A program made the position numbers and the translations under genes. Shown here piece after piece: positions 10,918 to 19,065 of a stretch of 64,000 bases of DNA. The stretch is from Spirochaetia bacterium (lineage in GTDB: Bacteria; Spirochaetota; Spirochaetia; DSM-27196; Salinispiraceae), in assembly GCA_038204425.1 (NCBI GenBank), contig JBBRCZ010000007.1, forward strand, positions 32,001 through 96,000, written 5' to 3'. How positions within the stretch are numbered: position 1 is the stretch's first letter; the number at the start of each line of letters is the position of its first letter. A model generated the notes under the pieces. It had not been told where the DNA came from and made no database searches. It worked only from the letters and a program-made list of their open reading frames with translations.

Positions 10918-11690
10918 GATGATAGACCTTCTTCTAGTTTGCCAGCGCTAAGCGTATAACTCTTTTGGGCCCAACTCGCCAGCAGATCCTTGTTGTGGCT
11001 CAAAATCAAGACGGCAGTGTTAAACTCTCGAGCCAAAGCAGACAAGAGGCCCATACAATGCGCGCGACCCTCATCATCAAGTGAAGAAAAAGGATCGTCG
11101 GCTATCAAAACTTGTGGACTGCAACTGATTGCTATCGCCAGGATCAGCCGCTGACTCATGCTTAATGACAAGTGATGGGGATACGCATTGACGCTGCTTT
11201 TTGGATCTAAGAAGCCGACAAGTTGCAGCAAGTTAACTGCCCTCTCCTTGGCCTGTTTGGCATCCAAGTGATGATGCATGCGTCCAGCCTGAGATAATTG
11301 CGAAGCAATGTTTATATTTGGGTTGAGACTTGCCTGAGGGTTTTGAAACATGATCGCCAATTTGTTTGCATACAAGTTGGTCATGGCCTTGCCGGCCATT
11401 TGCCGCAGATCATTGCCTTCAAAGATCACCGATCCCTTAACGAGGCCTGCAAGGTCGGCCGGCAAAAGCGCCATAATAGCCAGACCCAGCAAGGTTTTTC
11501 CGGCTCCTGTCTGGCCATAGATGCCGGTGATAGAGCCTGCAGGCAAGTCCAGATTGAGCGAATCAATTATGGTTCTTGGCGTTTTTTTTGCGGGCGTATC
11601 AATAATAAGACTTAGTCCGCGCACGCTCAAAACGGGAGTATTGGCTCGATAGAGACTTACCTTGCCCACCTCAAACTCGTTCTTCTTCAT
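10914..11690 (-). CDS. oppD: Oligopeptide ABC ATPase OppD-like, degenerate
   Basis: GQTGAGKT; FQNPQASLNP; YPHHLSLSMSQR; VLIADDP. Confidence 0.8.
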   Translation of the reverse strand: MKKNEFEVGKVSLYRANTPVLSVRGLSLIIDTPAKKTPRTIIDSLNLDLPAGSITGIYGQTGAGKTLLGLAIMALLPADLAGLVKGSVIFEGNDLRQMAGKAMTNLYANKLAIMFQNPQASLNPNINIASQLSQAGRMHHHLDAKQAKERAVNLLQLVGFLDPKSSVNAYPHHLSLSMSQRLILAIAISCSPQVLIADDPFSSLDDEGRAHCMGLLSALAREFNTAVLILSHNKDLLASWAQKSYTLSAGKLEEGLSS

Positions 11691-12553
11691 CGCTTAACTA
11701 CCGCTTGCTTTGCCAGTCCGTCCAAAAACAAGCTGATGCCCGTCAAGAACCAAGCCATTACAGCAAAGGTAGAAAAAAGACGGTGGCCTGCATGGTCCAA
11801 GCTCAAAATGCCATCCCGCAGCAATATTCCCCAGCTCAACCACGGTGGACTGGGTCCAAACCCAATAAACGACAAGAAGGCTTCTTGCAAAACTAAAACT
11901 AAGAGACGCATTGCAACCAATGTCCACACGACAGAACCAAGATTTGGAAGAACGTGCTTTACCATGGTCCTAAACAGACCCGCTCCCATGCCGCGCAGCG
12001 CCTCGCAATAAGGAAGGCTAATCTCAATCTTAATTTGAATTCCAAGCACCTTGATTTCACTGTACCAGCCAAGGCCGAGTAAGCAGACAAAAACCATGGC
12101 TTGTCCGGCTCCAAAAATAGCAAGCACGAGAATAATACTTGCCAGACTTGGCACGGCATACAGGATATCGACTAGTCTCATCACCAAGCCATCTACCCAG
12201 CCTCCATACCAAGCTGCCAAACTGGCCAAACTAAAGGCAATCAAGATAGACAGCACTGCTATTCCTAAAGAAAAACCCAATGACACTAGGCTGGCTCTCA
12301 TGAGTCCAGACAGGTAGTCCCTACCTAGTTCGTCAGTTCCCAATAGACATATGCGCGATGCATACGGGCTGTCTACACTGAGGCCCGCCAGTTCTCCAGC
12401 CAACTTAAAGTTATTAAAAATTGCGGGCGGCAAATTTGCCTGTTCGGAAACTACGAGATCATAGTCCGTCCAACCCGGCAAAAGGCTGATTATCAACATG
12501 AGCAAACCGAGTGTGGCACTCATCGCTAAGCCTATTTTTCCGGCCAAGGTCAT
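11687..12553 (-). CDS. oppC: Oligopeptide ABC permease OppC
   Basis: LGTDELGRD, MRLVDILYAVP, KHVLPN, EAFLSFIGFG, SWG motifs. Confidence 0.9.
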   Translation of the reverse strand: MTLAGKIGLAMSATLGLLMLIISLLPGWTDYDLVVSEQANLPPAIFNNFKLAGELAGLSVDSPYASRICLLGTDELGRDYLSGLMRASLVSLGFSLGIAVLSILIAFSLASLAAWYGGWVDGLVMRLVDILYAVPSLASIILVLAIFGAGQAMVFVCLLGLGWYSEIKVLGIQIKIEISLPYCEALRGMGAGLFRTMVKHVLPNLGSVVWTLVAMRLLVLVLQEAFLSFIGFGPSPPWLSWGILLRDGILSLDHAGHRLFSTFAVMAWFLTGISLFLDGLAKQAVVKR

Positions 12554-13497
12554 CGTAGCGCCTTCCTAAATCCCGGTGACAAACGTGGATCCAAGGCCGT
12601 GCTCAGTAAATCAGCCAGCAGACTAATGCCGAGTGAAAGACTGGCAAAAACCAGCACTATGCCCATAAGTAGAGGGTAATCGCGATGCAAGCAGGCATCT
12701 ATAAGGTAACGTGCCAAGCCAGGCACGCCGTAAAGCGGTTCAACAACAACGCAAGCAGTCAAAGCCATACCCATTGCTGGACTGAGCCAAGCAAGCAAAG
12801 TAGCAAGCAGCGGTCTAATTCCTTGACTTCGCAGCACCATCAAGCTGCTTTGACCTTGAGCCTGGCCCGTACGCAGCCATGGGCTTGCCAAATAACTGCG
12901 TGCAAGACTAAAGCTCATACGAGCCAGCCAGGCGATCAAGGGAAGGGCAACCGTAATTAGCGGAAGCACCCAAGCACGTTCGCTACCCCTAGTACTGCTC
13001 CAGCCGGCCACGGGAAGCAGGTCCAGCTGCACACCAAAGAGAGCCTGCAAAAGAGGGGCAAGCAAGAAGAAAGGAATGCAAACGGCAAGCACCGTCCACA
13101 TCACCATGAGTTGGCCAAAAAAACGGTGCTTCAGCGAAGCAAAGAAGACACCTAGCCAAATACCCAGGCAGTATGCGCACAATAGAGAAGAGACAATCAA
13201 AAGCAACGTATAGGGCAGATGATGACTAATGATACTCCACACTGAGCGTTGCGGATACTGCAAGGACTCGCCCCAATCACCGGCTATAATCCCACTAACA
13301 TAATCCATTAGCCTGACATGAAATGCTTTGTTCACAAAATGCTCTTGCGCCAGCCGTTCGCGCGATGTCTCAAGCCTATCTGCCTCGCCTGAAAAAGGGC
13401 TACCGGGCGCCGCCTGCAACAAAGCAAAGGCCAAGCCCAGTACCGCAACTAGAGAAGCAAGCATAACTACTATACGCCGCACCAAGTAAACTAGCAT
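12550..13497 (-). CDS. oppB: Oligopeptide ABC permease OppB
   Basis: YLVRR start, APGSPF, GDWGES, RDYPLLMG, C-terminal LDPRL; EAA loop diverged. Confidence 0.88.
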   Translation of the reverse strand: MLVYLVRRIVVMLASLVAVLGLAFALLQAAPGSPFSGEADRLETSRERLAQEHFVNKAFHVRLMDYVSGIIAGDWGESLQYPQRSVWSIISHHLPYTLLLIVSSLLCAYCLGIWLGVFFASLKHRFFGQLMVMWTVLAVCIPFFLLAPLLQALFGVQLDLLPVAGWSSTRGSERAWVLPLITVALPLIAWLARMSFSLARSYLASPWLRTGQAQGQSSLMVLRSQGIRPLLATLLAWLSPAMGMALTACVVVEPLYGVPGLARYLIDACLHRDYPLLMGIVLVFASLSLGISLLADLLSTALDPRLSPGFRKALR

Positions 13498-13515
13498 CTC
13501 TTAGGCCTCGACCCC

Positions 13516-15114
13516 TTACATTTTGTAGAAGAACCGTGGGTTGTGAATATCTATAATATTCTCATACCAACCGCCCCACTTGCTAGTGTCAATCATATTA
13601 TTTGTTGTATTGAAATACAGAGGAATTACCGCTTGTTCTTGATCGACCAGAATTTTTTCGGCTTGTGCCAGGACTTCCAATCGCTCTTTGCCAAGTTCCA
13701 TAGTGTCGGACTTCGCTAGTAAGGCGTCAAATTCTTTGTTGAGCCAGGCCCCGACATTGAGTGGGCTGGAACTCTGGAATATCTCCAAGAAGGTAAAAGG
13801 ATCCAAGTACTCGCCTATCCAGCCCGAGCGCGCTATCTGAAACTTATTAGCACGTCTTGATTCCAAAAAGCTATTCCACTCTTGGCTTTTGAGCACCACT
13901 TTGACGCCAATCTGGCCAAGCTGAGCTTGCACAAACTGGGCACTAAGCTGGTGATTACTTGCGTTGTTATAGAGTAAGGTTATCTCCGGCAAACCCTTGC
14001 CCTGAGGATAACCGGCTTGCGCCAGAAGCGCCTTGGCTTTTTCTAGATCAAAAGTAGTTTCGGCTATACCTGAGTTGGCTGCCAAGCTTGGTACCAAACT
14101 ATAAGCAGGTATGTATGACCCGCGACTAACCTGGTCAACCAGCTTTTGCCGATCAATGGCTGCAGAAATAGCCTGCCTCAGTAATCGTTTATTTAGCAGC
14201 TCGTCATTGAGGTTAAAGACGTAGAACAAACTAGAAAACAAAGGGGAGTTTCTAAAGTCTTTGCGACTGCGTGCCTCATCCAACTTGTCAAAAGGCACGG
14301 TGTTGATCCAGTCCACCTTGTTCTGCACAAGTAAGTTCCAAGCCGTGCTGGCGTTTTCTACGAGCAGATAATTGACTTGGTTTATTTTGACATTCTCAGC
14401 ATCCCAGTAATTGGAATTTTTTATCAAAACGATTTTTTCTTTTGGCTTCCATTCTTTGAGCTTAAAGGCCGCAGCGGTCACCAAATTTTCTGCCAGAGTC
14501 CAGTCTCTTCCATGTTTTTCAATAACATGCACCGGCACAACGGAAAAAGCCGGATGGGTAAGAGCCGACAGTGCGTAGGGCATCGGTTTGGCTAGTTTAA
14601 ACCAAAAAGTTTTGTCGTCTAGTGCTTTTACAGCAACTTTAGAGCGAGCAGCAGCCAATGCTTCTTTTGAACTTGCCTCGGGACGCAAGCGATGGTACTC
14701 AGCGGCGCCCTTAACAAACATTACTGGCAGCCAAGCATATTGAGCATCACTAGCAGGGTCGATGACACGCAACCAGGATTGCACCACGTCGTTAGCCGTT
14801 AGCGGCCTTGCGTCTGACCATTGCGCGGGTCGCAACTTAAAGGTGTACTCTGTCTTATCGGGGCTAAGTGTCCAGCTCTCGGCCAAGCCGTTGATAGGCT
14901 CACCAGTTTTGGGGTCGTTGATTACCAAGCCCTCAAAGAGAGCGCTTGCAAGCTGTACATCAACCGAACCTGCTACTAGGCTTGGATCAAGACTAGTGGG
15001 CTCAGATGCGATGGTTAACGAAAATTCAGCAGAACCAGCGTTGCCGATGGTACAAGCGGACACGATCAGCGAGGCCAGACTTAAAAAAAACGCCGCGCGT
15101 AACTTTATGTTCAT
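13516..15114 (-). CDS. oppA: Oligopeptide-binding lipoprotein OppA
   Basis: Lipobox IVSAC; EPTSLDP, LFEGLV, LAESW, NSNYWD, RSGWIGEY. Start set at ATG 15114 (AAGGA SD). Confidence 0.93.
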   Translation of the reverse strand: MNIKLRAAFFLSLASLIVSACTIGNAGSAEFSLTIASEPTSLDPSLVAGSVDVQLASALFEGLVINDPKTGEPINGLAESWTLSPDKTEYTFKLRPAQWSDARPLTANDVVQSWLRVIDPASDAQYAWLPVMFVKGAAEYHRLRPEASSKEALAAARSKVAVKALDDKTFWFKLAKPMPYALSALTHPAFSVVPVHVIEKHGRDWTLAENLVTAAAFKLKEWKPKEKIVLIKNSNYWDAENVKINQVNYLLVENASTAWNLLVQNKVDWINTVPFDKLDEARSRKDFRNSPLFSSLFYVFNLNDELLNKRLLRQAISAAIDRQKLVDQVSRGSYIPAYSLVPSLAANSGIAETTFDLEKAKALLAQAGYPQGKGLPEITLLYNNASNHQLSAQFVQAQLGQIGVKVVLKSQEWNSFLESRRANKFQIARSGWIGEYLDPFTFLEIFQSSSPLNVGAWLNKEFDALLAKSDTMELGKERLEVLAQAEKILVDQEQAVIPLYFNTTNNMIDTSKWGGWYENIIDIHNPRFFYKM

Positions 15115-15201
15115 GCAATTCATCCTTAGAAAGGTTCTTAACGTTTCTATGATATACACAAGATTGGGGTCTCTACCAGTACTGACGGTTAAATCTGCTA
15201 C

Positions 15202-16638
15202 TTAGGTACGGCTCTTTCTTTGTTGAAGCTTAATTTTTAGTCCCATAGTGGATTCTTTTATCTGCCCACAACTCTGCAAAAAATCTACAAAAATATCAAA
15301 AAGCACCGGATCCAATTTACCGGCCTTTACCGGTTGCTCAGACATGTATTCCAAAGCTTGTTCTGGACTAAGCGCATTTTTATAGGCACGCGACGAGTCT
15401 GTCATGGCATCATAAATATCAACAACGGCGCACATCTCTGTGGGCAAAAAGCCAAGCGCCAAACCTGCGTGATAGTCTTCAGTAGTTGCACAGATGCAGC
15501 GAATCGCTTCCTCAATTTTACGTATGCCCTTTTGACGCTCAAGCCTCGTTACTGAGTAGCCATCCTTGTGGAAAAGAGCATTGTGATGATCGCCGGCGAT
15601 TAACCGCGCCGCTTCGTGGTCTACGCCAAAGTTCATTATAATTAGTCCAGCACTCAAAAAAACGTGTTGTCGGACTTCTTGAGAACTGTATTCGGCGTCA
15701 CTCTCAAAGTAATCAAGATTGGCCATTTTACCTATGTCGTGTAAAAAGGCGCCCAACGCATACTCTTTTAGGTCAGTGTTTTCTATAAATGGTAGCTGCA
15801 ATAAATTGTCAGAAACGTAGTATTGAGGCAGTAGATTGGGCAACAAAGCTTTGTATGCAGTTAAGTAGCTAGGGGCAAAAACCAGACGCAAATTTTGGCC
15901 TAGGCGGTTGTGATGGAGAGAGTTGTAGTAGTGCAAGAAACTAGTCATCATAGAAAAGACTCGCACAATGTGGTTGAGAGTCTGACCATTTGCCAATGAC
16001 TTAAAACATTCAAACAGGCTTGCCGTCAGCTGCGACTCCTCAACAATGTCAACCACTTGGTTTACAATTTCGCGAGTCTCCAATGCTATGGTTTTTTCGG
16101 CTATGCCAATATCGATCTTTTTTAGCTTTAGACTAGCCTTGTTGATCAAAAAGGTTTGCTCGACAGCGCTCACGATGGTTTTTGCTTTTTCCATGGCAGG
16201 TACGCCACTTTGAGCCAGAGCCTGCAGTGCAATTCTAATTCCCTGCACTTGTTCCAGTCGCTCTTGAGCACTCAGCGAAAGCATAAGTTCGAGTTTAGCC
16301 GCATAGGGATCCACTTGCATGGCACTGGGTTTGGCTAGATCGACCATACGTGGGGCTTTTCCAGTCAAATGGATAGTCCAATCTTTGGGCAAAATAAACT
16401 GCTTTAATTGGACTTGTTCGATATCCAAAAGCCTGAGTTCCTCATAACTAATCGGCTCGACACCTACTTGTCCAGCTTCCAATTTGCGAATGTGAAAAAT
16501 AGGAACGTGTGTTTCTTGCAGTTCGTTTAAGTGCTCGAGCAGGTAGGCTCCGCTGACTGCGAGCGAGTTGCCTTGGCCGTGTTCGGCGGTCTTAAGCCGC
16601 ATAGAATCCAAAAGTCGTGCCTGATCGTCAATGCTCAT
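15202..16638 (-). CDS. HD-domain metal-dependent phosphohydrolase, HD-GYP-like
   Basis: LHDIGK, DHH, DIYDAMTDSSRAYK, LDP; GYS in place of GYP; unknown N-terminal domain. Start 16638 or 16644. Confidence 0.8.
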   Translation of the reverse strand: MSIDDQARLLDSMRLKTAEHGQGNSLAVSGAYLLEHLNELQETHVPIFHIRKLEAGQVGVEPISYEELRLLDIEQVQLKQFILPKDWTIHLTGKAPRMVDLAKPSAMQVDPYAAKLELMLSLSAQERLEQVQGIRIALQALAQSGVPAMEKAKTIVSAVEQTFLINKASLKLKKIDIGIAEKTIALETREIVNQVVDIVEESQLTASLFECFKSLANGQTLNHIVRVFSMMTSFLHYYNSLHHNRLGQNLRLVFAPSYLTAYKALLPNLLPQYYVSDNLLQLPFIENTDLKEYALGAFLHDIGKMANLDYFESDAEYSSQEVRQHVFLSAGLIIMNFGVDHEAARLIAGDHHNALFHKDGYSVTRLERQKGIRKIEEAIRCICATTEDYHAGLALGFLPTEMCAVVDIYDAMTDSSRAYKNALSPEQALEYMSEQPVKAGKLDPVLFDIFVDFLQSCGQIKESTMGLKIKLQQRKSRT

Positions 16639-16678
16639 AGTCATACACCCCATGTAAGTGTAGTACAAGTTAAGCGAC

Positions 16679-17680
16679 TCATGGTTTACTAAAGAGTACA
16701 ATGTCTAAGGAATTTCCACTCAAATGGGGATAGTACTGATAGTCGTTGGCTAATAGGTTTGCCGTTTGTTCGTTCCAAAACTCGTTTCCAGCGGTCGCAA
16801 AGGCAAAGAGCTCTTGAATAGTAATTCTGTTGTCAAAATTGGCATCAGCATTGAGCTTACCATTGGTATTTTGTCCAGCACGTAGTATCCAATTAGTGAC
16901 AACACCATGCTCATAGTCTTGATTTTCCCATGCTTCCTCACTAGGTCCTGATGATGCAAAAACCCAAACATTGGGCTGCTGGGTACTATTGCCAGCGGGA
17001 CCAGAAAAATAATGACTCAAACTATCAAACAAAAGTGTCTTGTCGTTGAGCGGCTCACCCAAGTCGGGATTTTGACTAAAGTTGTCTGGCAATGGGCTAA
17101 CATAAGTTTGGTTGTTTACAAAACCGCCGGAGTTACAGCTGTCCAAAATAAAGATCAGGTTTACGTTTTTTTCTTGCAAGGGTCTAAACAGCTCGGCGAG
17201 CTCTGAGGTGTTGATCATTTCATCCCAAACCAGATCAAAGGAAAAATTTGCCGGGTTGTAACTACCGTAAGGCAAGATCCAACAATCTAATCCCTGTCCG
17301 GGCCGAGAGATTTCTCCACCGTGACCCGACCAGTAAAACAATATGCGTTCACCGCTTTGGACTGTTGATGCGAGATTGGCTATGTCGGCTGCAAGCTGGC
17401 TTTTGCTGGCTTGGGAATCTCTGCGTGCTGTTACGTCCCAACCAAAGCCGCCAAGCATGGATTCCATGCCGTCTACGTCATTAACCGGCCATGCCAGGTT
17501 TGGCGAGGTGCCTTGTGAAACCAAAGGCCGATAGATGGTGACGCCGTACAAAAGCGCTGTTTTTTTGCTACTGGTTTGGGGCCAAGGATCACAAGCGCCC
17601 AGTAGAGCTACTATTAGAAGTACAGCAATAAACATCAAATTTTGACTATATCCGCATTTCTTAGCCATGTTCGCCTTCAT
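16679..17680 (-). CDS. Caspase-family (peptidase C14-like) lipoprotein
   Basis: Lipobox LLGAC; KTALLYG; His-Cys dyad in WSGHG and LDSCNSG; DANFDNRIT EF-hand-like tail. Confidence 0.88.
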   Translation of the reverse strand: MKANMAKKCGYSQNLMFIAVLLIVALLGACDPWPQTSSKKTALLYGVTIYRPLVSQGTSPNLAWPVNDVDGMESMLGGFGWDVTARRDSQASKSQLAADIANLASTVQSGERILFYWSGHGGEISRPGQGLDCWILPYGSYNPANFSFDLVWDEMINTSELAELFRPLQEKNVNLIFILDSCNSGGFVNNQTYVSPLPDNFSQNPDLGEPLNDKTLLFDSLSHYFSGPAGNSTQQPNVWVFASSGPSEEAWENQDYEHGVVTNWILRAGQNTNGKLNADANFDNRITIQELFAFATAGNEFWNEQTANLLANDYQYYPHLSGNSLDIVLFSKP

Positions 17681-17842
17681 CTTCACTTCTCCCACCCATC
17701 CAAAAAAACCTTAGCAAGCCAGTAAAGTATAACACACAGCCTCTAAAACGTGTTCGGATTCTTCTTTATATCTAGTCGATATCACCCAGATAGTTTCATG
17801 CCCTAACGACGGAGCCACTTGTTCAACACTTATATGCATTGA

Positions 17843-18961
17843 CTAAGCTTTCTTGACATGAAGTGCCAACAGGACGGCATCCAGCGCCTTAAAAAATGGA
17901 CGTAGAGCCAGCCAGGTCTCGAGAGGTTTCATACATCGTGCGCGTAGTGATTCTATGGCAATACATGCAAAAAAAATGCCCACTATAACTACGGGCATGA
18001 GAGCAAGCGCATGAATTGGATTAGCTTGGTTAATCTGATCCAGTTGCAAAACAGTCTTGTAGATTACCGAACGAACATAGGGGTGGTCGTGGATCAAGTA
18101 AACGCCCAGCACAAGTGGAGCACAGAAAAATACCAATCGTGCCTTTATGGTCAGGCTTTTGAAAAAGAAGAACAGGGCAATCGCCGAAAAGTACAAGAGA
18201 GGGCTGTTGTAGGCAAAGGCCCGGTTAAAAACCCGCGACCAATCTTGAGTTTGGATAGAAAATGCGGCGATTGTAAACATGGCTGCTGTCGAAAGCAACC
18301 ATAACAAGGCATAGACCCAACGCGATTTTACCAGGTGGTATCGCTTGAGCCAAGCTCCCAGCAAATAGAGCGTGATAAAATTGAACAAAGAATAGCCATT
18401 AAATCCCCAGATGGTTGCGGTCGCATAGTAAAAGCCCATGCCGATTTCCAAAAGCAAAAAACCAATCAGGAGCATAGTAAAGTGCTTTTTATTAAGACCG
18501 TTTATCAAGTGATTGAGAAGCGGGCTTAGCAACATCAAGAAAACGTAGGTACTTATAAACCACCAAACGTTGTTGGAGATTGGCAATAGCATTGCCAAAA
18601 CACTGGCTTCTGCAAACTTGACCCTGCCCAAAATCATAAACAAGATTCCCAAAACTATTGAATAGAATAGAGCCTGACTGGAGAGTTTCACTAAGGCATT
18701 TGTCTTGAGTTTGATAGAATAATAGCCTGATATTAGTACAAAGGCATCGACTGCAACGACAAAAATGCTATTGAGTGCCAGCTTGATCCACGAATCAAAC
18801 TGCATGTTGCTGCCATCGTAGAGGCCAATTCCGTGCACCATAACATGGTGACCAATTATGAAAAGCATCAAAACGCAGCGCAAAAGTTCAACGCCACCCT
18901 CGCGAGGCAGTGGCAAACCAAGGCTGGCTACCGGGGCTAAATTTTCTTTAGTGTCTGACAT
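17843..18961 (-). CDS. Acyltransferase family 3 membrane O-acyltransferase
   Basis: ELLRCVLMLFIIGHH, FVLISGY, WWFISTY, GVYLIH; about 10 TM segments. Confidence 0.9.
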   Translation of the reverse strand: MSDTKENLAPVASLGLPLPREGGVELLRCVLMLFIIGHHVMVHGIGLYDGSNMQFDSWIKLALNSIFVVAVDAFVLISGYYSIKLKTNALVKLSSQALFYSIVLGILFMILGRVKFAEASVLAMLLPISNNVWWFISTYVFLMLLSPLLNHLINGLNKKHFTMLLIGFLLLEIGMGFYYATATIWGFNGYSLFNFITLYLLGAWLKRYHLVKSRWVYALLWLLSTAAMFTIAAFSIQTQDWSRVFNRAFAYNSPLLYFSAIALFFFFKSLTIKARLVFFCAPLVLGVYLIHDHPYVRSVIYKTVLQLDQINQANPIHALALMPVVIVGIFFACIAIESLRARCMKPLETWLALRPFFKALDAVLLALHVKKA

Positions 18962-18967
18962 GGTTCT

Positions 18968-18996
18968 ACTATAGTAGCTGACTTTGAGCCGGTCAA
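18968..18996 (-). promoter_or_regulatory. sigma70-type promoter, predicted leaderless
   Basis: TTGACC, 17 bp, TATAGT, 6 nt, then ATG at 18961; no SD. Confidence 0.65.
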
Positions 18997-19065
18997 TCTT
19001 GTGAGCCGCACAAAATTGAACTATACTTGCTGGGTAACTTAAACTCAGCTTTTCAGGAGAAATCT

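Noticed and set aside
17795..17842. GTTAGGG after the acyltransferase stop as a possible attC site
   Set aside because: No matching inverse core site or palindrome, no repeated copies and no integrase.
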